Below are positions 12,801 through 24,600 of a DNA stretch of 64,000 nt, piece by piece; the first letter of the stretch is position 1; every line of letters starts with the position of its first letter. Source of the stretch: Eledone cirrhosa (Eukaryota). A program made the translations under genes and the position numbers. The notes beneath the pieces were generated by a model. The model saw only the letters and a program-made list of their open reading frames with translations. It did not search any database and was not told the origin of the DNA. The stretch spans positions 398,598,001-398,662,000 of the forward strand of contig OZ024740.1 in the NCBI GenBank assembly GCA_964016885.1. Direction: 5' to 3'.

Positions 12801-13733
12801 CCTCTGGTATGTTTCTCTGTGTGGTATGTGTGTTTGTACCTATGTCACTATCTGCGCGAATGTGAAATAAATAAAAAGAAAATAAAAACTAAGGAGAAAA
12901 AAATGGCCCTTTAATAACTAAAAGAAAGAAGGTTCAAGAATTCAACATTTTTCTTTTCTAATTGAACTAGAAAGAAGGAGGCGCGGAAGAGAATGAGGAG
13001 AAAAGGGAAATCTGGACCCTTAACTTATGACGGAGTGTCTTCACAAATATCTACGAATCCCCTTAGTAAAAGAAAAGCATTCATGCAAATAATTTGAAAG
13101 GGCTGAACTGAAGTAATTTGTTAAGTCAAAGAATTTCAACAACTTTCTAGATCTTTCTTATTTTCCTTCCTTCCGTTTCACCCTTACATTCACCAACATT
13201 CCCCGCCCAGAAGGTTTTGAAATTCTCTTACTTTTGGAAGTTTTCTTTTTTTATATAGTGGGTTGTTGTTGTTCTTGGGAGTGTTTTTTTTTTGTCTTAG
13301 TTTTCGTTTGTTTATTTGTTTTTTTTTGTTTTTTTTGTTTTTTGCTAACAATCCAACTGGGGTCTCGTTATTTTACAAGTTAGTTAATAAGCCAAAAGAA
13401 AATAGATTGTGACCGTGATTTTTTGTGCTATTGTTATTTTTTTGTTGTTGTTTTTTTACTGTGTTTCTATGTTCTTGGGGAGGGTCGTGGCGAGGGGTTG
13501 ACGGTGATGTTGGAGGTGGTGGTGATGGTGATCATTCGTCATTTCTACAGTATATCTTCTAATTTTCCATCTTTGAAAATGTACGAGTCAAGGAGAGAGT
13601 CTGTACGTAACCGTTAGATTTACTAGAAATGACAGCCAAATCTCCCACACCATCGTCTTAAAATGGATGTGTCTCAAAAATACTATATTCTATTACACAA
13701 GCGATTCACTTAGTGTCCTGCTTCTCTCGTTAA

Positions 13734-14310
13734 CTGACGAATCAACAAAGGAGACTATGTGGTCATTCGACCTGCTAGAAAAAGCAGCAATATCTCCCTC
13801 AATAACAACCTACTGTCTAAAAGAAAGACACGTTGGATAATGTAGACTTAGGTACCTTGCACATAAGGAAATGACGGGATGGTCATGGCTGGAATATTCT
13901 TGATCATAAGTCTGCTCTATCAGGACTGACCTGTAACTAAACAACAATAGCCGCGGTATTGGTCATTTGGAAATAGCAGCCAAATCTCCCTCAACCACAT
14001 TGGATAATGTGGTCCTGGGATTCCTGCATACAAGAGAATCTCTGCATAAAAGACAAGATAGTAATGGCTGGAATGTTTTTCATGATAGGTCTGCTCAATG
14101 AGAGATGAACTGGGACTAAGCAACAACAACTGAGCCACTGATGAGTCTACAAGAGATTCTCTATGAGGCCGTTCAACCTGCTGGAAATAACAGTCAGATA
14201 TTTCTCATATTACATCTTACCGTCTTAAAAACAGAAAGTCACATTGGTCAATGTATCCTGATATACACTATGCCCAGAAGAAAAACAGATTGGCCAAGGC
14301 TGGAGTATCT
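13734..14310 (+). mobile_element. Three tandem SINE-like family B copies
   Basis: Recurrent GAAATAGCAGCCAAATCTCCCTC..GGCTGGAAT..CATAGGTCTGCTC..AAACAACAA units at ~13750, ~13960 and ~14160. Confidence 0.7.
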
Positions 14311-14399
14311 TTCAACATACGATGGATATTAGCGATAGTACTAACACCGTGATCCAGAATGAAAACCTATTTAGACCCATATACAATATATTTATTTTC

Positions 14400-14690
14400 T
14401 CCAAATATCGGTCGCTCTCCGACAGGTTTGTGGTCGAGCCCGTGGCAGTGGAGACTGCTGGTTTCCTTGGCCCTAGGACCACCTTCCTGTTCACCACCAT
14501 CGGCACAAAGTTCGGTACCCGAAGGTGTGAGCCTCGCGAGCTGGAATGGCTCTTCCAGCGCGTCTCCCTCACCATCCTCCGGGGAAACGCCTTCTCCATT
14601 CTGTCCGCCGGGGCCGCGGGGAGACCAGTGCCTGGGCCTCCATCTGCTCATAATAGTGAGAGATGGGGAGAGCGGGATAAATGGAGGTCG
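14400..14690 (+). mobile_element. CRE-clade non-LTR retrotransposon, C-terminal restriction-like endonuclease fragment
   Basis: KYRSLSDRFVVEPVAVETAGFLG...RELEWLFQRVSLTILRGNAFSIL matches the KY..F.P.A.ET.G..G / QR.S....RGNA C-terminus of CRE-type proteins. Confidence 0.75.
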
Positions 14691-15309
14691 TGACAGTGGA
14701 AGTTTGGTTCTTTTGTGTTCGGACCTTGTGTATGGACACACTCATGTATGTGACCCTAACAACTAGATCACACCGCATACCTTCACTATGGTCAGTTACT
14801 AATTAGAAAACTGAATACATACGTTGTATTCATTGACTTCCGAAAGACTTTTGGTGTAGTTGATCATCCAAAGCTTCTCTCAGCACTTGAAGAGGGGTGA
14901 TAATGGGGACAAATTTCTACACATTGTCTCTAACTTCAGAAGGCGTTTTTGAGGGAGTTTGAGAGTCTGTCGATTGTTATTTCCCTTCTGTCTCACATCA
15001 AACTCTGTGTTTCACCTCTCTGGCTGATGGGTAATTATTCCATGACCTCCAAAAGAATTAGAGCGGCAACCCATAAATCATTGGGGAAATGGGTGTCAAG
15101 AAGTAGGGAGCAAGAACACCAGGTCTATGCTGCAAAAGTAGTAAAGTTTAGCTCTCTACAATAAAAGAACTTGCTGAATTTCTGAAGAATCTTCTCTTCT
15201 AGGATACACCAAAGACACGAGACTTCAATAGATTCAGAAAGATAACTCTTCCTTTCAAATGAAATATTTCAGGATTGACGATAACTTAACTAATGTTCGA
15301 TTAGATTGT

Positions 15310-15755
15310 CTTCTTCTTCTTCTTCTTCTTCTTCTTCTTCTTCTTCTTCTTCTTCTTCTTCCTGAGAGAGTCGTGGGGGAAGTGTTCTCAAACACTCCTT
15401 CCAGCGGATCCTATCAGAAGCAACCGGTTGCAACTGATACAGCTGGATCACCAACCAAGGTCAGCCAAGCTCATGGATGTTATCCAACCATCTTGCTCGG
15501 AGTCTACCCCTGGGTCTCCTGCCCGTTTGTTTTTCCCGTAAAATCTGTCCAGCGATTCTTTCCTGAGACATTCTAATCACATGTCCATAGTATCAGAGAT
15601 ATGATCTCTCAACTCGGAGAAGTAGCGTCTCTATCTGGAGTGACTCTCTGATCTCCGAGCTACGCACTCTATCGAGTAACGTTACTCCAAAGACCCTTCG
15701 GAGGAACCCCATCTCGGCCGCTTGTATTCGCGATCGTATTCTTTCGGTCATTTCG
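15310..15755 (-). mobile_element. 5'-truncated RTE-type LINE with (AAG)n tail
   Basis: Minus frame TERIRSRIQAAEMGFLRRVFGVTLLDRVRSSEIR...YYGHVIRM. (CTT)n run at 15310-15360. Confidence 0.8.
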
Positions 15756-16059
15756 ATTAGATTGAACTTATAAAATCGATTAGATTGAACTTATAAAAGG
15801 AACTACTGCCATTTAATGGGTAGTTTTCTGCCACTTCTCACAAATTTGTGCAGGGACTACGTTCTTAGAGCACCCACGAAGAGTGAAAAGCTGCGAATAT
15901 TGGACGTGGTCCATAAAAATGCCTATAAACGTCAAAATATAACGTAAAATATAATTTAAAAAAAGGAGCGTCTTATGCGAAGGAGCGTCCAATAGGCCGG
16001 CAAATACGATATATTGTTATTAATAATCTAATGTTAAAATATATATATATTGCCACGAA

Positions 16060-16157
16060 AAAAGCCATAAAATAAATCGCGGAAGATATTTACGATTCCG
16101 CGAATAAGGAAAATTCCGCGAATAATCAGGACTGCGAATGCCGGGGTTACACTGTAT
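16060..16157 (-). mobile_element. Tigger/pogo-like terminal fragment
   Basis: Ends GACTGCGAATGCCGGGGTTACACTG-TA and carries subterminal CCGCGAATAA repeats. Confidence 0.55.
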
Positions 16158-16309
16158 ACAATAAAGAAAATTCTGCTGTATTTCCCAATTTTATGAACTT
16201 ACACGGCGATGCTATTTTGTTGGCCAAATATTTTGTAATATGTGCCAAAGTATATTGTTATTTTCATATTCCTGGGCATTGCTGGGTACCTCTGCTAGTA
16301 TATTTACAC

Positions 16310-16808
16310 ACATATATATGTGTGTGTGAGCGTGTGTGTGTGTGTGTGTGTGTGTGAGTGTGTGCATGTCTGTGAATGTGTGTGTGAGTGTGTGTATGTC
16401 TGTGTATGTGTGTGTGTGTGAGTGTGTGTATGTTCTGTGTATGTGTGTGTGAGTGTGTGTATGTCTGTGTATGGGTGAGTGTGTATGTGTGTGTGAGTGT
16501 GTGCGCATGTCTGTGTGTGTGAGTGCGTGTATGTCTGTGTATGTGTGTATGTGTGTGTGAGTGTGTGTGAGTGTGTGTATGTTCTGTATATGTGTGTGTG
16601 AGTGTGTGTATGTATGTATGTGTGTGTGTGTATGTGTGTGTGAGTGTGTGTATGTATGTGTATATGTGTGTGTATGTGTATGTGTGTGTGAGTGTGTGCA
16701 TATATGTGTATATGTGTGTGAGTGTGTATGTCTGTGTATGTGTGTGTGTATGTGTATGTGAGTGTGTGCATGTATGTGTATGTGTGTGTGTATCTGTGTG
16801 TGTGTGTG
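16310..16808. repeat. Compound (TG)n/(TGTA)/(TGAG) microsatellite
   Basis: Directly visible. The H/T-rich ORFs are artefacts. Confidence 0.95.
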
Positions 16809-17360
16809 CCTATATACTCACTGATAACGTCATCAACTTCTGGCAGATGTCCTGGAACCAACTTATATAGTATTTCTTGTTGAATACTAAAAAAACCCCT
16901 CTTTATTCCGCAATAGATTTCACTGAAACCACCCGAAAATGACTGATTATACTTTAGGGTATAATCACTTACATTTTAGGCTCTTTATCGCTTTATTTTA
17001 CTTTTGATTTACTTATTTCATTTTATTTTATTTTCTGTGACATTTGCCTATTTTTTTTTTTTTTTTTTTCTGATTTGGAGATGTTCCTGCTGTGGTTGTT
17101 GTCGTAGTCTTTCGTGTAATGTCTATTTTGTCTGAATGACCCACGATGTGTCTTTCTGGGGGTTTTTACCCATTTTTATTTCTCATCGCCTGTCTCACTT
17201 TCTGTTGTTTGTTTGTTTTTTTTATTCTTTGAGAGCACCTCACTATCTTACTGTCGCTCTTTCTTCTCCCTCTCCCTTTTTCATTCTCCCTCTATCTCTC
17301 TCTGTAGTTACCTCATTTTCTCTATATTTTTTACTTTGTATTTATATAAATACATGTCTG

Positions 17361-17643
<283 letters not shown>

Positions 17644-18187
17644 TATAATGTCAGCAGGAAATGCATACAATATAATGTCAGCAGGAAATGCAGTTAGAAA
17701 AGAACTTCATCTCTACTTTTTCAGCCACCTTCTAGCGTGCAGTTTTGTACATTAAGTTTGGATTGCACATGTAACACTAGTTTGTGAAACAGATTGGAGA
17801 ACCGCTCTGTTGGTAAGATACAAGTGAGAAAATAACACAACAAATTAGAGACAGAAAAATTACGTGTCTTTCGACAAAAACAGATGAGTGCATAAAAATA
17901 TTGCAACTAGAAATAAGTTTAACAATTTGAAAGATCAACTTTATTACAATATAAGAAGAAGATTTAAAACTCAATGTGTTTGTACAATCCGCAACTATGA
18001 AGAGCGAATTCATCCAAAGTATAATCCATATGTTAAAATTGTACGAATGTAACTTTCCAGAACATGAATAGTAAATATCAACGAAGCGTATAGGTAGAAT
18101 TATATCATTTTATTAGTTTTACGCATGTTTCATCAACTGCAGAAAATATCAATTGATAGGGATGTGTAAAAATGTTTGTAAGTTATC

Positions 18188-18348
18188 AAATTATAAATGT
18201 TGGATTCTTATAGAATTCCAGTAATAATCAGGAACTGATTATACAGAGCGGTTGCGGTCCAGCAAAAATTGAAAATTAGAATTGGTGCTCTGTATAATCA
18301 GTTCCTGATTATTACTGGAATTCTATAAGAATCCAACATTCATAATTT
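18188..18348. repeat. Long inverted repeat (54-bp perfect arms, 37-nt spacer)
   Basis: 18196-18249 is the exact reverse complement of 18287-18340. It extends 7 more bp after one mismatch. Confidence 0.93.
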
Positions 18349-18439
18349 TTCAACAAACAAAGGGAGTACTAAGCTCTGAGGAATACCAACAGTATGAAAC
18401 AGAGATCTGTCAGCTTATCTCCCTTTGTTTGTTGAAAAA
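18346..18439 (+). ncRNA. Type I hammerhead ribozyme, complete catalytic core
   Basis: Stem I TAAGCT/AGCTTA, extended by TTTTTCAACAAACAAAGGGAG/CTCCCTTTGTTTGTTGAAAAA. CTGAGGA at 18376-82. Stem II ATAC-caaca-GTAT. GAAA at 18396-99. Stem III ACAG-agat-CTGT. GTC cleavage triplet ends at 18411. Confidence 0.88.
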
Positions 18440-19119
18440 AGAAGTAAGTGACATAGTCACTACTTTAAAACAATAGCGTAAGGTCTTCAAAATGCTTTTA
18501 ATTAAGCATACAGTGTATTACCAAATACTATATATACATTCATATATGCATCTCTATAAAATGTTTATTATGTCTAATATTAAAGATAGTTGGTAGTTAT
18601 TCCACAGTTTATTGAAAGTTGTTACTATAATTTCGTGTATATCTATTAAGTCCTTTTAAGAAATACAACTGCAGGAGTCTTCTAGATCAAGGACTACAGT
18701 ATCCTGGATACACACATCTAATGTATTTTTTACGATGGTACGGTTTGAATCTCTTTCAGTTATTTTATGGGGATTTTGCTGTTGTTTTCTAGCATATAGA
18801 GTGACCACGTGGAGACTCTCATTAGCTAGTGTTGTCACCCGTCCTTGCCGCCGTTGTTGCTGATGAGGATGATATGATGATGACGATGACGATGATGATG
18901 ATGATGATGATGATGATGATAGTTGCGAGATATCTGGATATATAGTCAATTCTTGACAGTCTAACTTAAACGATCCATTCCGCAGGAGTTCATTGTTTTT
19001 TGTTTTATTGTTGTTGTTTTCTTTAAAGAACACCACCACCCCCACCACCCCCCAAAAAATATGTGGGCGTAAGTGGGGTCATGTAAATAAATAGTAAATT
19101 AAGTTATCAGATTGAGCAA

Positions 19120-19275
19120 GGCGGCGTCCGCAAATATGGATTTCAGACAAGGTTGTAATGCGTTCTTATCATACGCTTTGTTGCGTCGTTAAGTGACTGA
19201 CCGGCCGGAAGTGGTTGTCTCGTGCGATTGATGACTACCACGTCCACCAGCCCGCAACTGCTCACCGCCATTTAA
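19120..19275. promoter_or_regulatory. Candidate CpG-rich promoter-like patch
   Basis: Local CpG enrichment, ETS-type CCGGAAGT (~19205) and YY1-type CCGCCATTT (~19265). No transcript evidence. Confidence 0.3.
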
Positions 19276-19380
19276 CCATAGATCATACAACAATTTACAA
19301 GATGACACCCATGACAAAATACTACTAATGTTGAACTGGAGAAATACAGAGGAAAAAACACAGAAAGAAAGAAATTAGAG

Positions 19381-19480
19381 CATACATACATACATACATA
19401 CATACATACATACATACATACATACATACATACATACATACATACATACATACATACATACATACGTACATACATACATA
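19381..19480. repeat. (CATA)n microsatellite, ~25 units
   Basis: Directly visible. Confidence 0.97.
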
Positions 19481-20833
19481 AATAAGGAGAGAACCAGAAC
19501 TGAATACCTCAGAAGAGTAAAGAAAATATGGTCATCAGAACTGTCAGCGTACAACAAGTACATTGCCCACAATACTTATGCTGTGCCAATTCTAACGCCA
19601 ACATTTAGCCTGCTGAACTGGTCATTGCAAGAACTAAGTGAGATGGATGTTAGAACTCGCAAACTTCTCAGTGTTACTGGGAACTTTAACATCAATGGTG
19701 ATGTGGATAGGCTATACTTCTCACGCAAGGAAGGTGGCCGGGGTCTAAAATCCATATTAACATCATATGAGACCAGGATAGTAACACTGAAGCAACATCT
19801 TCAACAGAGGAAAAAGGTTGGCAACCATCTTGCCCAGGTTTATGAGCATGAAGAAAAAAATATCACTAGGATAGCCACTGATCTGGAGGAGAGATATGGA
19901 ATAAAGCCTGATATAAATCTCTCACCCAGAGAAATCGGAAGATCCTATTCAATGTTCAAACAAGATGAAAAAATTGACCAATTTACAGAAAAAGTTGTGC
20001 ATGGATACTTGAGGCGTAAAACACAGACCATAGAGGGGATAAACCACTCAAAAAGCCTGGCATGGAGTTCCGACAAGTTTATGACATCACACCTTGAGGG
20101 ATATCTCTATGCAATACAGGAACAAGAACTCCCTACCAAATATCTGCTGCACAAAAGAGGAGAGCCAGCAGCTGACAATAAATGCAGGCTATGTAAAACA
20201 AAGATCGAAGATGTAAGCCACATTGTTGCCAGCTGCGAAAGAATGTCATCTCGCTACTACCTCCCCATGAGACACGATGGGATAGCTAGAACCATCTGGA
20301 ACGCACTTCGGAAAACAAAATTAACAACAAACGAGGAAGAATATATCGAGACAGATGGCACTAAGGAATACTGGTGAAACCTGAAAATAAAAACTGCCAC
20401 CAAATTAAAGCACAACCGACCTGATATTGTTGTTTGGGACCACACATTGAAAACGTGTTCTGTTGTGGAGATCAGCTGCCCACTTGATGTAAACGTTGTC
20501 AGAAAAATACAGGAGAAGGAAGACATCTACGGACCATTGATGAGGAGTTTACAAATCAAGTATCCAAGATACACCTTTAGCTTCTTACCCATCATTATTG
20601 GAGCTACGGGTTATATACCAACCCGCTTGGACCAATGTATAACTGAAGTTGGATTTGTGGACAAAGAGCGCAGCTCCCTAATTCATAGTCTACAAATGGC
20701 TGCGATAGCTGGCACCTTCAAAATTTGCATAACATTCTTGCGATTCAGGGATGACAATTTCTTTTCTTTTACGACTTTGCCACCAGGAAGGTGGTCGGTC
20801 AAAAATATACTCGAAATTAAGAGAAAGAGAGAA
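19481..20833 (+). mobile_element. 5'-truncated R4/Dong-clade non-LTR retrotransposon (RT thumb, CCHC zinc knuckle, RLE), with one in-frame stop
   Basis: NKYIAHNTYAVP..DVDRLYFSRKEGGRGL, CRLC-x7-H-x4-C, RHD, then HNRPDIVVWD..VEISCP in the same frame after TGA at 20375-77. Confidence 0.88.
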
Positions 20834-21459
20834 CATACCTACATACATACATGGTGGCTGCCAACTCGTTTTCGAGTACGGCCACTACTTTATATCCATG
20901 TAGGAGAACCCCTACCAATGCGCTGAACGAGTGTGACTTTTTAGTCCAGCCAGCGACTTGAAAACTCTGGTACAAACACTACACTTGTGACAATTACTGA
21001 CACACAGTGCTGGGCCCATGGTACCATGTGACGACAAGTGCAGAGAGATCTCCAGATATAAAGCAATGCCTGTGCCGTGAAGCTTTTATAGTGAGCAAAG
21101 GCACTGCACAAAGCCAGTCCCACTCTCTTAACCAAGATGATATTTACCAAAAAGAAGAACAAGTCAACATCATTGGATACCATCAGAGTTGCAGGTGTTA
21201 TATCAGAGTTTTCCTTCTTCTAGAATTCTGCCTTGACAAAGGCTAAGGGGTCATCTCTCCCGGTGATTTTGGATGGCCATTGACTCTTAAGAGCTCCTTT
21301 GCCCTTTGACAGGTTTTGTTTTTAGTCCTGCAGGATGTCCAAAGTCACCCTCCTCACCAAGAAACCTTGGTGGGGTTGCCAGTTTAGTCGCCAACGACCC
21401 GACCATGAGACAGGTTGTACTGGGATACATGTTACCAGTAGCACCAACTAGTGACCTGA
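20834..21459 (-). mobile_element. Non-autonomous bipartite RTE derivative (5' UTR-like region joined to an RTE 3' hairpin and (ATGT)n tail)
   Basis: Minus strand has the RTE-5'-UTR-like motif CTAGAAGAAGGAAAACTCTGA and ends GGCCGTACTCGAAAACGAGTTGGCAGCCACC(ATGT)n. No RT. Sister copies at 23456-23751 and 23895-24462. Confidence 0.65.
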
Positions 21460-23455
21460 CATACATACATACATACATACATACATACATACATACATAC
21501 ATACATACATACATACATACATACATACATGATGATGACTGCCCCCTCGTTATCGAGTATGGCCATTGCACGAGAAAAAAAAAATATATATATATATATA
21601 TATACATATATATTAATAACAATAATAATAATAATAACAACAATAATAATAACGACAACAACAACAATAATGATATACATATATATATATACACACACAC
21701 GCACACACATAAACATATCTATACACACACACACACACGATAGCAACTAACAGCGCTGCGATCGAATGTGGCTTTTTAGCCCAGCCAATGATCTAAAATG
21801 TCTTGCAACCAAATCATTCACTGGGTAATAGCCGGCTGTGGTTGGAGTTCATGTACTTTTGCATGTCGTTTGAGCCCTCCTGCTGATTTACATTCTCTAC
21901 CACATGTTTGGCAAGCATGATGAGTAGCATCTCCAACAGCAGCCTGGTAGTCAACCACTGGTCTTACTTTATGACTGCGAAGATGACTTTCGAGTCCAGC
22001 TTTGCTTAGGCAGAGTCTCGCACAGACGCTGCATGCCAGCACCATAGGAGGACCCTCGCCGTCTGGAAGTGCAACAGCAATGCCCTTCCTCACATCCCGC
22101 TTTACTTTCTTGTATGCAATTCAAGATGCCTCAAAGGCAACTTTTCCCTCATATACAGTCTTTCTCCATTTATTACGATCAGCAGCAATATTTTCCCATG
22201 TATCAGCAGAGATGTTAGCGTCTTTCAAAGAGGCTTTCAAGGAACCTTATACCTCTTTTTTGGTTTATGTTGCGGTCGTTTTTCTTTAACTCACTCTCCA
22301 TAAAGGAGTTGTTTTGGTATTCTAGAATCCTTCATCCTGGCAAGGTGACCACTCCAACGTAGTCGTTGCTTAAGCACAAGAGCTTCTATACTGTCACACA
22401 TAGAGCTTTCCAAAATCTCTACATCACTGATGTGGTCCCTCCAGTGAATGCCATGGATCCGTCTGAGACACATCTGATCGAAACGCTCCAATTGCTTAAG
22501 GTGGTGTCGATATGTGACCCAGGTCTCGCAGGCATAAAGAAAACAAGAGAGCACACATGCCTTGTACACCTTTACCTTTGTCTTCTTGCATATGTCTCGC
22601 CGACCCCAGTGTCGCCTTTCTAGCTTTCCGAAAACATCACTTGCTTTCCTTATCCTAAGTGAGATTTCCCTATCAAGGTTGCTGTATCGATTGACAGTGC
22701 TTCCCAGGTAGACAAACTGATCAACCACTCTAAGTCGTTTACCATACACATAGATATTTGGTTCACTGTACTGCTTACCAGGGGCAGGTTGGTACCTGAC
22801 GACGGTTTTCTTGAGACTGACAGTCAATCCTAGGGCAGTGCAAGCGTCAGAAAATGCATTCAAAATGTGCTGCATATCACTCTCTGTGTGCGCTACAAGA
22901 TCGCAATCATCTGCATACAAGAGGTCTCTTATGATTGATGTAAATACTTTTGTCTTTGCAGCAAAGTGCCTGATGTTAAATACGCTGCCTGAGGTTCGAT
23001 ATCGGATGTAAACACCATGCTCGCAATTCCTGAATGCAATACAGAAAACCATTGCAAAGTATATGGCAAACAGGGTCGGTGCTGGAATATCCCCCTGTTT
23101 CACTCCATTTTTTACTGAGATAGGCTCCGACATGTTACCTCCGACATTAACCCAAGCCTTCATGTCGTCATGGAAAGACCTAACTAAAGCAAGGAACTTA
23201 TCAGGGAAACCAACTTTCTGAAGAACCTTCCATAATGCATTTCTGTTAACAGTATCGAAAGCTTTTGTCAGATTGACAAAAACCTGATACAGATCCAAAC
23301 CTTGTTCCATGCACTTCTCCTGGAGCTGTCTAGCTGAGAAGATCATATCAGTAGTGCGGCGTCCGGCACGAAAACCAAATTGACTTTCAGGAAGAACACA
23401 ATCTGCAATGTGTGTCAGCAGACGGTCCAGAAGCACCCTACATAAAACTTTCCCT
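21460..23455 (-). mobile_element. 5'-truncated RTE LINE (RT plus C-terminal C2H2 zinc fingers) with (ATGT)n tail, frameshifted
   Basis: ORF 22291-23463: QFGFRAGR, KAFDTVNR, GVKQGD, LYADDC, FVYLGS, RLRWSGH. ORF 21818-22093: CSVC..HLRSH and CQTC..HAKVH. 3' hairpin GGCCATACTCGATAACGAG at ~21545-21565. Confidence 0.9.
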
Positions 23456-23751
23456 ACATACATACATGGTGGTTGCCAACTCGTTTTCGAGTACGGCCAT
23501 TACTTTATAACCATGTAGGAGAACCCCTACCGATGCGCTGAACAAGTGTGACTTTTTAGTCCAGCCAGTGACTTGAAAACTCTGGTACAAACACTAGACT
23601 TGTGACAATTATTGACACATAGTGCTGGGCCCATGGTACCATGTGATGACAAGTGCAGAGAGATCTCCAGATATAAAGCAATGCCTGTGCCGTGAAGCTT
23701 TTATAGTGAGAAAAGGCACTGCACAAAGTCATTCCCACTCTCTTAACCAAG
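23456..23751 (-). mobile_element. Second, 5'-truncated copy of the bipartite RTE derivative
   Basis: Nearly identical to ~20840-21137. Confidence 0.85.
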
Positions 23752-23786
23752 ACATACATACATACATACATACATACATACATACA

Positions 23787-23819
<33 letters not shown>

Positions 23820-23894
23820 GATAGCTACCCCCTCGTCATCGAGTATGGCCATTACATGATATAACATTATTAATAATTATTAATTAATTCTATC

Positions 23895-24462
23895 GTGCAA
23901 TGCCTGTGCGTGAAGATATTTTTTAAAGTGAGGAAAGACTGTGCACTGAGCCAATCCCACTCTCTGAGCGACAGTAGCTATAACCCGAAAAGAAGAAAAG
24001 ATCAACATCATCGGTAACTACTGAGCCGCAGGTTTTATATCGGAGTTATCCCAGTTTCCTGAGTTGCCTTCTCCTAGAAGAATGCCCTGACAAAGGCTAG
24101 GAGTCCTTCACTCCCAGTGGTTTAACCGCGCGATCGGGTGTCCAGCCCGACTATTTCTATGTCCCCGCGCATATACATACACATGCACCCATGTATATAC
24201 ACATATACATACACATATGTACATGTGTATATACATATTTACACATATACATATACATACATATGTACATGTGTATATACATATTTACACACTTTTGGAT
24301 GGCTGTTGACTCTTATGAGTTCTTCCGCCCTTTGTCAGGTCTTGTTTTTTGTCCTGCAGGGTGTCCAAAATCACCCTCCTCACCAAGTAAACTTGGTAGG
24401 GTTGCCGGTTTAGTCGCCGACGACCCGACCATGTTACCAGTAGCACTCAAGAGTGACCCGAC
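23895..24462 (-). mobile_element. Diverged relative of the bipartite RTE derivative, interrupted by a TA/CA microsatellite
   Basis: 24295-24462 aligns to 21270-21459 (GCAGG..TCCAAA.TCACCCTCCTCACCAAG..GTTTAGTCGCC). 23895-24120 aligns to ~21065-21265. Confidence 0.7.
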
Positions 24463-24514
24463 ATAAATATATACATACATACATTCATATGATGATGATG
24501 GCGGCAACTCGATG

Positions 24515-24600
24515 ATGATCGCATCAACCGGTCCGAGAATTGAACTCGCAACCTCACGATTGCGAAACCAACTCTCTAACCCCCTCAGCCACGCACTTTC
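24515..24600 (-). mobile_element. tRNA-derived SINE head (family C)
   Basis: Minus strand GTGGCTGAGGGGGTTAGAG..TCGCAATCGTGAGGTTGCGAGTTCAATTCTC, matching ~36741-36775. Confidence 0.7.

Noticed and set aside
16212-16870. Long His/Thr or Cys/Val ORFs; also 12268-12914, 27572-27786 and 58775-59224
   Set aside because: Microsatellite translations.
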